From the NCBI GenBank assembly GCA_049999805.1, contig JBNGIO010005977.1, forward strand, positions 104,077-146,964: a DNA stretch of 42,888 nt. Direction: 5' to 3'. The translations under genes and the position numbers were made by a program. Position 1 is the stretch's first letter; each line of letters starts with the position of its first letter. This DNA comes from Folioceros fuciformis (lineage: Eukaryota). This document shows, piece by piece, positions 21,821 to 34,300 of this stretch. Below the pieces are notes generated by a model. It was not told the DNA's origin. It saw only the letters and a list, made by a program, of their open reading frames with translations, and made no database searches.

Positions 21821-24800
21821 TCACCTTCCCCAAGGGCATGTCTGATTCCAATGCTCATCATTCCCATGATCTAGGAAGCCTGCCGTCCTCCACTCTGTCC
21901 GCTTGAACTGGTTCCGATGTGACTGTCTAAACCCTTCTACTGCAATCAATAAGTGCTCCCATATGCGCCACAATAAAGCCTTAGTTGAGGCTGTCTCTTT
22001 CCCTCCATAGACCACGGAAGACTAGTTAACCCAAAGATAAAAAAGGCAAGAAGACCACAGTAAGCCCCACCATTGAGTTTGAAGTAAAGATTTGCCAGAG
22101 ATTGCATCAAACCCAAATAGGGCTGATTGTTTCTTGATCTTGAGATTAGCACTAGGTAAAATCCTTTGCAGCCACCTACCTACCTCCCTCCAAATCTCCT
22201 GAGCAAAGCTGCAATGAAAGAATATGTGCTGACTTTTGTTTGGTGCACCAAAGTTGCATAGTTGACACTGTTCCTCTCCCGTTGCAACTAACGACTCATC
22301 CCATCAATCCGCATTAGATAAACATTCTTGAAAAAAACACCAAACCGTAGTCCTAACCTTGGGTGGAATTCCTACTAACTTCCATAGTAGCTTGATAGCT
22401 TCCCTTTGTCGCCGCACAGATAGTTGCACCTTGGGAGCAATTGGTTGTCGTTGCTTGATTTTCTGCGCTCTCACCATCCAGAGGAACATGTCCGCCATTG
22501 GGAAGTTGAAGAAAGATCGAAGGTTAACCTCCTTGCACCCTGGATGCTTAGGCCATCTGAAGAGGTCTGGTCTTAAGGCCAATGCCCAATTTTCCACAAG
22601 TCGAAACTAGCACCATACAATTGACTTGTCCAAGGGTTGTGGCCCATTAGGGCATTCGTCTTGAGTGCACCATCGCCCTGTTTGAACGGACTTAGAGAGG
22701 ACTGTGATGGCCTACAATTCCCCTCTTCGGGCTTTACCATCGTTCCTGCCCTGGTCTTCCAAAAGTCCTTCAAGCGACATGACCTTGAACGTCCGCAACT
22801 GTTCTTTGTCAACCGCAGCCGAAAGCCAAATAGCCCTATCTAATTCTAGGACTTCCTCCTGTTCATCCTCCTCATAGTCTACTCCCTTACTGTCCATGGA
22901 ATATGCATACCACCCTTCAGCGCTTGTGCTAGGTTGTTGCCTTAAAACCTGTTGCACCTTATCCTCTAACGCCTCTTGAAACCAAGAAAATATAGTCTGA
23001 CGTGTTTAGCCGCTAACCCAAATCCCCCCTTGACGTCCTCCACCTCCTTCCAACGGGACTTTGATCTACTCCATAAGTGACCACGCTGAATAACGCATTT
23101 TCGACACGCCAACCCAAAAATTTGTGACCCATATACCCTTGACCTGAACTCTTGAGCCCACAACCTCAAGAATCCTTGCAAAGGAATACCAAGTACATCA
23201 TCAACATGCAAAGGGTTACCATGAATAATGCATTGTTTAACCTCTAAGAAACTGCTCCAGATTGACTTGAAGAGTGGGGAGCACTATGCAGTATCAAGTA
23301 ATGGTTTGTCAGCAAGGATGTTGTCTATAGACCTCCTTCCCCTAGGGATAGCTTGAGCGCACTCCAAATGCTGTGTTAGAAGACTCTTCCAGGGATAGTA
23401 TGCCGGATCAGCCGCCCTAACAACCCACTGTGCATGCAAAAATTTCATCTTGGCTACCGGATCCACCACCCCAAGTCCCCCCAAACAACGTGCCTTAATA
23501 ATGTGTTGCTAAGCCACTTTAGAGCACCCGGCCATGCTATCCCCTGAACGTTTCGACAGGAATGAGGTCAGCACCTGTTGCAACCGCTTCACCTCTGTCT
23601 TGGAAGGGGCCCACAAGGACAAATAATACCATAGAGAGGCTGTAAGGATATGGTTAATCACCACCAGCCTTCCTGCAAGGTTAAGCTCCAACAGCTATAA
23701 GGTCACCGCTTTTCGCATGAATCTGAGTCACGCATACTTCCCTATCTCACCATTCTCATCCCCCTCTTGGAAGGGGAGCCCCAAATACTTGTGGGTGGAT
23801 CCTAGAGTCACTCTCCTAATGTGGCTAATGCATTGAGGAATCTCCCCTTCCATGTGTAGACACATCATGCGAGTCTTGCTCCAATTAACCTTGCGCCCCA
23901 ATAACTCCCCAAAAACCTTGACCTGTTGGAATAAAGCTTTCAATGAGGCCTCCTCTGCCAAGGAAAAGAGAAGGGTGTCATCTGCAAACATAGATACCCT
24001 TAACTGCGTTCCATCTGGGTTTCAAATACCCTCAACTGCCGGGTCTCGCTTAATTGCTCGGAGAAAGAAGTCAGCAACAATAATAAACAAGAATGGAGCT
24101 AAGGGGTAGCCCTGACGTACCAAACGATAAATGCCAAAACGCTCCGTAAAGGACCCATTGAGAGCCACCTCGGCACCTACGTCTTCACACAAAATGGCTA
24201 TCCATCTACAGAAATTATTTCCTAACTCAAAGCTACGCAAGCATCTCCACAGGAAGTGCCACTCAATAGAGTCATAAGCCTTGTAAAAGTCTAGGAAAAT
24301 GAAGACGGCTGCTTTCTTTTGCACCTGTATATTATACTTAGCTTCCTACAAGAGTAGAAGGTTGTCCAGGATGCACCTACTTTGAATGAACCCTCGCTAC
24401 TCTTTCTCAATCCAATCATGCAGAAAGGGTTTGATGTGGTTGGCCAGCACCTTAGCAATCACCTTGCACGTGGTTGCGAGCAAGGTAATTGGGCGCCAAT
24501 TGGAGATTGACGAACTGGCGTCCTGCTTAGGGAGCAAGGAGATGACCCCCATATTGAACCAACTCCCCATGCTACCTTCCTCCTAGATCATTCTCACCGT
24601 CTCCATGAATAAAGGCTCCATAAACTCCCACCCCCATAGCAGAAACTCGGGAGGGATACCCTCATGACCTGGGGATTTATCCCTTGGCATCCCCTTCAGA
24701 GCCTGAAACACTTCATCTGCAGTTATCAGCTTATCCAGCAACCTGCACTGAGCTTTGGACACTTTAGCCTAGAATAAGCCATAGGTAGATGACCAAAGCT

Positions 24801-26230
24801 ACTCCCACCCTGCTACCTTCCCAACACTGGCGAAAATTCCCACAAAGAAGAGGGTAATGAGTTTTTTTAACCCTTTCAGCAAATCTTGCACCACGCCTTG
24901 CGCGTCAGGGAGGGCAGGAATTCGCGACCTATGCCGGTTAGTAGCCACCTTATTGAAGAAGAATTTAGAAGGGTCGTCCCCTTCCCTCACCCACTTAACC
25001 TTAGCCCGTTTAAACCAACCTCTGGCTGTGTCCTCTTCCAACTTGGCCAAAGCACACTGCACCTCAATTTTCCGAGCCTCTTCTGTGTTTGTGAAGTCCC
25101 GTTCCTTGCAATTCCTTTGTAACTAGCTTAGTTCCTCTTTCAGAAAACATTCTTGCTGGTGTTGCTATTTTGCCTGTTGAACCCCTCACCTCCTCAAATA
25201 CCTAGTCGCTTCATTGTTAGCACACAATTTGAGCACCGTAGGTTTTGCCCCCTGTTTGATTCCCTGCCAAATGTGTTTGATATCTTCAAACACACCTTTT
25301 CCTTAAGTAAGGATGTGTTCATCCGAAAATTTGCATATGCCTCCTTTGACGCCCAGAGGCTGGAACAAGCCTCAAGTGCAAACTAATTGGGTGGTGGTCA
25401 AACAAGATCATACCAGTGAGGATACTGTACGACTGCACAAAGGACAACCATCCTGAAGGTATATAAAAACTGTCCAACCTGCGAGCTCCCAAACTCTGTT
25501 GTTATTGGTTGAACCAACTGAACATCAAGGATTGTGGTTGGCGATGTGCTGGGAGGGCCAACCACGGGTCTTGCACAGCCAAGACAGTATCTCTCAGCTC
25601 CTGCCAAGACATAGGCACCGCCCGGATATCTACTGGGCTATCCCCTCGAATGTCTTCTCGTCTTTCAACAAAGTTGAAGTCTCGGGCAAGCATCCACAAG
25701 ATCTTATCATCCAGCTGTTCTCCCAGCCTATAACAGAGACTACTCCTGTCAGTGGCAACGTTGGGAGCATAAATATTATAGATTCCGATTGGGCCTTGAG
25801 GTGTTTGCAGCACCAGCCACACAAACCTCCCACCCTCATCCTGCCCCGCCTCCAGGATATTGTGAGCTTGTTCTGGGTGAACTGTTATGGACACACATCC
25901 ACAGGTCACTGATACTCGCTGAGACATATACTCTCCTCCTCTTGCTTCCTCTACTCTAGCTGCTATGCATTCAGTTCTACTTGGCAGGAAGAGCTTCTTC
26001 ACTTTCTGGATATGCTCCATTGAGAGTTTATTCACTTTATGGATATGCTCCATTGAGAGTTTATGCTCTTGCAGATACACAATATCCCAAGTGATCTCCT
26101 CTTCTAAAAGATGCTTCACTCTTCTACACTTCGAAGCCGTCTTGGACCATCCCCCCAAGCCTCTAACATTCCAAGAAATGATTCGCAAGTGCGTCCCCGT
26201 CTCGTAATTTTTCAGAGTGTCGATACCCAT
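21821..26230 (-). pseudogene. LINE ORF2 (APE endonuclease, reverse transcriptase, zf-RVT), disrupted
   Basis: ISWNVRGLG, IVYLQEHK, NIYAPN, ARDFN (endonuclease); FLDFYKAYDSIEW, VRQGYPLAPFLF, MFADDT, KYLGLP (RT); GGLGV; PPKVRTTVW and C-x2-C...HIFFHC (zf-RVT). Many premature stops. Confidence 0.93.
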
Positions 26231-26233
26231 TTA

Positions 26234-29200
26234 TCAGGATTTGCTTGAGAGATTCCGGACAGCAGATGGCTTGGACGCCCTAGCCCCAGACATGACCCTA
26301 GACCGAGATAGCTGGTCGTTAGCTTCAAGCTCTAGGGACATTCTTTGAAGCTGTTGAGACTTGCGAATGGCGGAAGCAATCCTCTTGTCATAAAATCCTG
26401 AAAGCCTTTCAGTTTCACCCACCGCTGTACCTGGAGTCCATATCTTGTCCTTTGCCCAGGGCATGTCCAGGGACCACCTCCATTCTGGGTTAAGCGGCAT
26501 AGTTGGTCCACAAACTTGTTTGAGGCAGATTTCAGCAAAGTACTGGTCATCCTTCTGGTAGACACCACTGAAGAACTCCACCTCCTTGCCGTCCTTACTC
26601 GCAAGGACCCCTCCGTATGACAAGATGTCAAAGATCCTTTCCTGCCCTCAGTGCAGCTGTTGAATTGTAATGATAAGAGGGAGTTGCTCCCCCCCCGCCT
26701 CTTATCATAACCAGATAAAAGCAAGTGTCTTGAATCTTCTTCGTAACCGTTAGGTTAATTGAATACTGTCTGCATTTCCTCCTCGGCGTTCTTTGCGACT
26801 TCCTGCTCTCCTGGCCACTAAGCACGCTAGGTTCCTCTTGCCATGGAGGAGGATGCACTTGTTGTGCCACCTTAGCCTGTTCCAGGCTCCTCTCCCAGGA
26901 TCTTAGCAGAGAGGTACTGCCTTCATCCCTAGAAAAACCAGCTTGAACCTCATGCCAATCAGGCTCAGTATCCTCATTGTCCTCTGCACAAGAGTGGAGA
27001 ATAAGTCATCCTCGGATGCATACACCGCATTATCTCTCATGGTGGGACTGACACAGTCAAACACAATCTTTTTCGAACGCATTGATCCATTTTCATCCTC
27101 CGTAGACACCAATCCTACTTCAGTGCTGCGGTATCCACGCATTGCCAATGGTTCCTTCGCCTCAACAGTTGGGGTCTTCCCATAAACCCTATTTCCACCC
27201 CTCAACCCTTCCAGCACTTTGATCTTTTTTCCATCCGGGGAAGTTATGTTTAGGGCCATTCGTTGAACCACTCTGTTTAACGCTTTTCTAGCCTTGGCCA
27301 CTGCGATTTGATCCTGCCGTCTATGTCCTGATGAAGGATCCTCCGAGAACCGTGTCCTCTTCCCTACAGATACCTCCATACTCCTATGTTTGCCTGTTTT
27401 CAAGACAAAATCCACTGCGGTTTTCCAAGGGGAATTGTAGGCTGATCCTACGACTGGCTCTAAAACTCCAGCAAGACAGGGATCCCACCCTTGAGTGGGA
27501 GCCTGGTGTACCGGTGCTAACGCAATGGTCTAATGGTGAAGCCAGCACCTGGGAGACTAGCGATTGTTGCCCATGGAAAAACATGGCAAATTTCCTCCCC
27601 AAGTTATCACCAACCTTGTTAGAAGGAGCTTTAGGCCCTGGCCCCCCGCTTGAATCCAAAGGAGATGACACATCCCAACATTTTGGGCTAGGCCCCTGGG
27701 AAGGCATTCCCAGCGATGCTCCAATGGCTGTGGTAGCTTTTGAATCATTACCTGTGTAAGCACAATTCTCCCCCTCGATCCTCGAAGCAAGGGACCTCTT
27801 CACCAATTCATCATCCCGTCCACCTTTGTATTGCACGGCCTTCACCTCAGATCCCGACGCATGCACACAGAATGAGTCTTCCACATGACATCCCACATAG
27901 GCGTCCCTGAGAACTACATCAGAGATTACATTCTTGAGTTTGGTGGGGAGGCGTTCTGCCGAAGTCGCCTCCTCTCCCTGTAAGGCCCCTACCTGGTAGT
28001 CTGTGCCACTGAAGACCGGCTGATCTCCCGCCTCCCCCTGGCCTAACCGACTACTCCCTACAGTGCATCCAACAAGCCTCTCTTCTTCTTCCTTCGTTTC
28101 ATACCCCAAACAAGAGACTCCTTGATCTCTCTCGCTATGGCGTCTACTTAACAACTGGCAAACCCCACCCCACTACTGTCCCACATCCAGGGACGAGGAG
28201 GATTCACCCTTCTGATCCTTGAGCGTTTGGCAGAAGCATCTTTGGCTGATCCAAAGCTCTGGCACCGCTGGCTAGCTGGATCTCCGCCGCGGCATACCCT
28301 CTCCCCTCATGATCCTCGTCCTTCCAATTTGGTGCAATGGGAAAGGCGTGTAGCAATTCCCCATTCCTCACTTCCCCCGCTTCTGGAGAAGTCCGGTTGG
28401 ATCGGCCTCGAATTTGACAGTCGCCAGATGCCTCCTAAGGAACCTGCTGATGCCGCCAAAGTTGTAAGCTCTCCTGCCTGTATGCCCCTTCCACATGTTT
28501 GGAGTCCCACTCTGGTAGCTCCCGAAGCGCCTCTCCATCATTCCCCCTTATCAGTAAGGAAGGGGTTCCAGCACCCAACTCCGGGGAGCCGGGTTGCTGA
28601 GCCTCAAAGGGCTGGGCCAAGGATCTCTCTTGGGCCGAATACCCAGCTCTTCTCCCCACAACCAGTGACTCCCCATAGTCTCCTTTCTGAGCCACCCTTC
28701 CCCTTTCTTGGGTTTCGTCCGATTGAAGATTCTCCCCGCCTTGTTGAGCCGGAAGAGCAGCGCTTGCCCCCGGTCCTTTAGATTGTTCAAGACCACTGTC
28801 TAACCCTGGATCCTGTTGGCAGTCTGGGATACTCCGGCAGTCCTCAGCACCTCCTTGGTGTGACACTGATTCTCCCAGCTCCAATCTTGCGCTAGGCATT
28901 TTGAGTTCCCCGTCCTTGGGGTTTTGACCCTCCTGCAAAAACCCCCCATGAAAGTCTAGCCATGGTTTTTGCCTCAGTCTCAGGCTTTTCGGTATGCGAG
29001 ACTGTCCTAACCCTTGTTGGACTGACTCCTTACCATCTGCTATGAGTTTCCCACACTTCGCTTGCTTTCGCAAGGGTATTAACCCTTCCCCACGGGATTT
29101 GCGTCCAGGAAGACACCTCAGGTACCCTGCTGAGTGGGAAGCTCGCCTCGGGTTCCCATTACCTCCTCTAAGGTTCTGCTCGTCGGGGTACACTCATGCT

Positions 29201-30997
29201 GTGCTTCCATGTCACTACCAACCTGTGTTATTGCGGGGCAGGCAAGTTGTTGACTACGCATCCTTTGGTATGTCTCCCTATTTGCAACCTTCCTTTCCTT
29301 AGAAGGTTCGCTGAACTCACTTGCTAGTGCCGACCTTGCCCTCCGATTGAGCTCCACGTTACTGAGGTCCTCCTCCATAGGCACAACACCCTCCAACACC
29401 ATGTCCTCTTCCCATCTGAGCTCCCAGGTGCCTGGAAGTTTGATCGAGATCGGAGCCGTGAGTAAATCTAAAAAACCAAGGTGAGCCTTGTAGACCACCC
29501 TAAATGCAAGAGTAACCCTGCCTTTGCCAAACTTCGCATCCTTGATATAAGCCAACACTTGGGGTTCCCCCATCCACTGTGACACATTAATGTCCCGAAA
29601 TCAGCACTCCTCTCCCAACTCAATCAGTGTGTTTACATACATGATAGAAGAGCCTTCATCCAATCTGTGACACACCATGTTGTGTCTTGCCTCTTGGAGA
29701 GACATTCTTACAGCTTGCTCGTCAAACCCCAGTCCCACCTGTAGCATGTCCATAAATCTCAACTTAACTGTATGCCAGAGAGCAGGAAGCTGGTCCCCAA
29801 TCGAGGCCCTATCTGGAAGGAGCGCGTAGGCAAGGCCTTGAGTTGCCCCCCCTTCGGCATCTAATAGTAATATGTTTTATCCACCTTCTTCCTCATGAGC
29901 ACACACACTTTGAGCTGCGTGCTAGTTGCACCTGCTATCCCCGAGAAAAAGTCTTTTTGAATTTTGCTTGCCCATTGCTACGTTCCAGGGTTAGCCCTCA
30001 AAGACTTCTTAAGAACTCCTTCAAAACCAGGTGGTGGACCTGAATGAGTCTTCTCCGATTTGTCCCTCCCACTTCCAGCTCCAGCATGAAGGGGACAAGC
30101 CTGCTTAAGGTGGTTTTGTAAGCCACGAACCCCGCACTTGATAGGCAGATCCGAGTAATCAAAGAGTTGGGTGTAACATTTGGATGGGTCCTTCGGATCA
30201 CGTACGATAACACCTTCAGGCAAAGCTAGGAGGCTATCTACTCTCACACCAAAGCCTAGTGGTTTGCTTCTATCGAAGAAGTGAGAATCCACCTTAGAAA
30301 CCTCCACCACCTTGCCAATAATCCCCAAAATCTTGCGGATCATTGGAACGAGTTGTACAAGCAAGGCTAGAAGACCCACCCAGCAAGGCTAGAAGACCCA
30401 CCCAAGCCGCTTGATTTTAGATTGCATGGTTGTATTCCCAGGAGACCAAGCCTCCACCAGCACCGGGATGGATCCTCGGAATGACAACGTTGTTTGTAAG
30501 AGTGCCTGAGCTCCAGCTGCCTCGTCACATTTAATCTGGAAAGAACCATCAGCTTTCAAGAAAACATATGCTTAAGGGGATCCTGTTATTTGTGCCACCC
30601 AATCCTCCAACTCCCCCACGGTAGGAGGACCTCCGGACAGAAGCCGCCTCACTACCAAGTTGGCAGCAAGTTTATCCTCCTCCTTTTGAAAGTATCTCGC
30701 TTCGGTGAGAACATCTGCTAGAGGACCCAGTTGTAGACCTGTACCCTCTTTTGTTGAACCCGAGGCATATTCTTGAGGAGGGTCCGCCTGTGCCTGCTCA
30801 CGCACATAGTCCACCTCAGGTGTCCGTACTTGCGACACTTTCTCTGCCTTGGCTTTTGTCCGGCTAGCGTCAGAAGGATTAGGTTCCGTCACCACCGTGT
30901 TAAGCCCCCGCGCATTCTGTTTATTAGAGCACATACCGACCACTGCCGCCCATGTGCCAACTGTTGAGCCCCCTTGTGGAGGGCTCATCGCCTCCAT
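26234..30997 (-). pseudogene. LINE ORF1 region (DUF4283-like region, degenerate CCHC knuckle, very long C-terminal extension), disrupted
   Basis: KILGIIGKVVEV...GVRVDSLLALPEGV...DYSDLPIKCGVRGLQNHLKQACP resembles plant L1 ORF1. Coding-like fragments continue to TGA at 26234-26236, just before the ORF2 ATG. A 22-bp duplication at 30361-30404 shifts the frame. Confidence 0.72.
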
Positions 30998-31485
30998 TGA
31001 GGCACCAAGCTAAATTCTTCCCAGCACCACCTTCATCGCCACTCCCCTACCAAGTCCAGCAGGGCCATCCTTCACCTTGCCATGCTCCATGCATGCCATG
31101 AGACCAGTCAACTGCCCCATAGCCTCCGTTTGTTGTCAGTTCAAGATTTTGTAAAGTGGGTCCATCTTTTCCGTTTTTCTGCCTTTTATTTATCCCGGGT
31201 TTATATGACCAGAGTGTGTAGCACTTTCTTTTGGTGGGTGTGATATACGTGAGTGGCGTTTATTTTTTTATAGTTGTGGAGTGATAGGAATTTGATTCAC
31301 AATTTTGTAGGCACTGCTTTGCATGTCTCGTGTTCACGGGTGGTGCCTTCCTATACTTGTTGTGCTTTGCATGCTTGGTGCTCCATAGCTCTATGGTGCT
31401 ACGCCACATGGATCCAATTTACCACAATGCTCAACTTGCACCTTGTTTCTGCTGCTACATGGCATATGCCTAGTATCCCAAGAGT

Positions 31486-32240
31486 TTGAAATCAAAAGTG
31501 TGCTTCTTGGATCATGAAGCCTTGATTGCAATATATGAGGATGTGTATGTGAATCACTTGCACAAGGGTAACCTTAGGGGACACCATTGGGAGGCTGTTG
31601 CTACAAAGATCTTGTCGACTTGTGTAGGTTTTGTTCCAACCAATCTTCAATGTCGAAACAAAATGGATAATTTGAAGAAATAGTAAATGTTGGGAATGAA
31701 GAAGTTGAGCACAAGTGCCTACAAAAGCAAGTGAACATTTCGGGAAGCTTTCAGCTTCTTCAAAAGTTATAATTAGAACGTGGTAAGCATGCTCAACTCT
31801 CATGAGCTTGGATTCTTAGAGTTGACAGAATCAACTTCTTTTCTTACTGCAATTGAAAGCTCTGTTGAAGGGGTTTTGAGAACACATATGGAGTGAATCA
31901 CCCTACGTGCTCTTTCATTCCCACGGTATCCACACCCACATGATCTTTACCACTGCCATCAATATTTGTTAGGGGTCCTGCTACACCTTTTACTTCTCAA
32001 AACAATGAGACTTTTTGAGTTGTTGCTTACTTGGCTAACAAAATTGAAAGTCGTAGCCGCAAACAAGATGTCCAAATAGGGAGAGAAGAAGCTTTCAAGT
32101 AGCGGGTTGGACAAGATTGTAAAGAGTATCAACATTTTTATAAAAGTGTTTGCCAAGATTGAGGCAAGTAAATCGGGAAACTTTCAAAGTATAGAAAATG
32201 CCACGTTAGAGCATAGCATGAAGATTACAAAGTTGTAGTA
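31486..32240 (+). pseudogene. Myb/SANT-like (trihelix) DNA-binding protein remnant of a PIF/Harbinger element
   Basis: ALIAIYEDVY...GNLRGHHWEAVA...TNLQCRNKMDNLKK matches the trihelix/Myb_DNA-bind_4 pattern; a coiled-coil-like remnant lies near 32090-32240. Convergent with a Harbinger transposase. Confidence 0.78.
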
Positions 32241-32328
32241 ATTTACTCAAATTGGCAAAGCTCTTAGTCAAAGCTCAGAAAAGATCTATGTGTAAGTCTA
32301 GATTTCGAGTTTGTTTTCCAATATTGTT

Positions 32329-33030
32329 ATTTAGCCCTTTTCAATGCATCATTATAAACTATTTTTTATACCATCTTGTAGAGCGCGTCAAGCTTTATAA
32401 GAAGATATATTTATCTAATCTAGCACATGTTCTAGATCTCATGATATAAAATGGCAAAGTTTGGATCAGAATGTTGATTTTTAAAACTCTTAGCAAATTT
32501 GCAAGGACATTTAGTCCCCATCTTACGCATTCTTATGTTCCCTTCTTTACATCATCTTATAGACTTCATTGAACTCTACAAGATGATATTCCAAATATGT
32601 CTACATAGTGCGTTTATTGCATGAAATGAAGCCCTAAAGTTTGAATCAATAGTTTGATTTCGAAAAAAGTTGATAAACTTGCAATTTTATTTAGTCATAT
32701 TTTCTAATATTATGAACATAACATAATCTTGTAAAGATTGTTTAGGTCTACAAGAGGATATCCTTATCATGTCTAGATAATTCTTTTATGGCATGTAACA
32801 AGACTCCAAAGTTTGGATCATAAGTTTAGTTTTGAAAAAAAGTTGGCAAACTTGCAAGGGCATTTAGTCCCGTTTTATGCATTTATATGTAAACTTCTTT
32901 ACACCATCTCATGGAACTTGTTGAGCTCTATAAGATGATATCCTCATCTTGTTTGGAAAATGCTTTGATTGCACGCCAAGGGATACCGGAGTTTAGATTT
33001 GAAGTTGCTTCTAAATACTTAAGCCAAATG
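32329..33030. repeat. Four diverged ~172-181-bp tandem units, each containing a 31-bp imperfect palindrome
   Basis: Palindromes start at 32373, 32554, 32726 and 32906. The motif aaagtttg(g/a)atca recurs at 32456, 32636 and 32808, with a weaker copy near 32988. Confidence 0.85.
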
Positions 33031-33049
33031 TCCATGCGATTCCTTCTTT

Positions 33050-34300
33050 TGCATTATCTTTGTTTGCACCAATGTTAAAGGAGAGCATGGTGTTGAATGT
33101 TTGCTAAGGTCTTCAAGCCATCCTCCTCTATATTATTCAAGATAACTAGTTTGTCATGTGGTAAGGGAAACTTGTTCAAGTATGGTTCCTACGAATCTCT
33201 TTCTCTAGCCAAAATGTAAAAATTGTGCAGCACATAATAAGCAGCTATTGTCTTCGCCGCATATTGCACATGAACATTGAGGTTCTTAAAGATTCTCCAC
33301 ATATTTTCGAGTAAGGAGAATGCATTTTAATAACCACTCTTTCGAATGAGAACCACAAATTGAAGGCTCTTTGTTCAACATCTACAAGTGTTTTGAAGCC
33401 CTTCATGAGAAAAGGTCGTAATGGATATGCATGTATGGAGGAACGGGTACTCCCTTAACTTGAATAATTGGCCCTACAAAAATTTAATTTGACACAAGTC
33501 GTTGGCATAAACTATTGTTCTTGAGAATACCAGCATCATTTGAACCTCGTGGGCTATTAGCACATGTGTCCATGAACATCTTTTGATTGTCATGTATAGG
33601 TTGAAGCACCATACAATGCATGTTGTATCACTGGCAATGATAGGTTGTCCGAGTGTACCGGTCAGGTGGCAGTAACCAGTCAGGTGGCTTTAATAAGAGA
33701 TTTGTCTATATCACCAACAATAGTAGGCAATAACGTCCATGTGGCTTCATTGAGAGATACGTATTAGGCAATAAGGTCCGCGTGGCTTTATGAGAGATTC
33801 GTCTATAGCACCAACAATATTAGGCAANNNNNNNNNNNNNNNNNNNNNNNNNNNNNNNNNNNNNNNNNNNNNNNNNNNNNNNNNNNNNNNNNNNNNNNNN
33901 NNNNNNNNNNNNNNNNNNNNNNNNNNNTCACTTAAGATCGAAACAATGAGCTTTGTGTACTCCACTAGCGTGGCATCATTAACTCCAAACTCGGAGGTTA
34001 CAATCAGTGAAGGCAAACCTTTGCCCAACCTATGCAACTCCAAAGCAACAACCTTTTTACATGGTATTGGTATTCTTGGTGATGTGCATACTAGAAAGAG
34101 GTTCCCCTGATACACAAACACCATAAAAGTAGGGTAGGACATTTGATATTCTTGTCGCCAATGCTCATCTCTCCTCTATGAGCCCCCCAAGTGCCAAGCT
34201 TTCATATGAATCTCTTTCCAAAGGCCTATTGTGAATGGTGTCTTCCACCAAATACGGGTAATACGTATTCCTAATGTCTGCACTAGAGCACCATTCGAAG
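33050..34300 (-). pseudogene. PIF/Harbinger (HARBI1-like, DDE_Tnp_4) transposase remnant
   Basis: DEHWRQEYQMSYPTF, IPCKKVVALELHRLGKG...FG, LPNIVGAIDESLI, LQPIHDNQKMFMD...GSNDAGIL, AYPLRPFLMKGF, RAFN, WRIF...VLHNF. Stops, frameshifts and an N gap. TIRs not found. Confidence 0.87.

Larger units (their letters stand above)
21579..31118 (-). mobile_element. L1-clade non-LTR retrotransposon (LINE), ~9.5 kb, near full length, inactivated
   Basis: Identical 16-bp direct repeat ATAGCCTCCGTTTGTT at 21563-21578 and 31119-31134 (TSD). AATAAA and a short A-rich tail at the 3' end on the minus strand (near 21580-21613). ORF1 and ORF2 remnants lie between. Confidence 0.93.

Noticed and set aside
27331-29302. 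Plus-strand ORFs of 100-184 aa inside the LINE
   Set aside because: Antisense to the ORF1 region, Pro/Ser-rich, with no domain signal.
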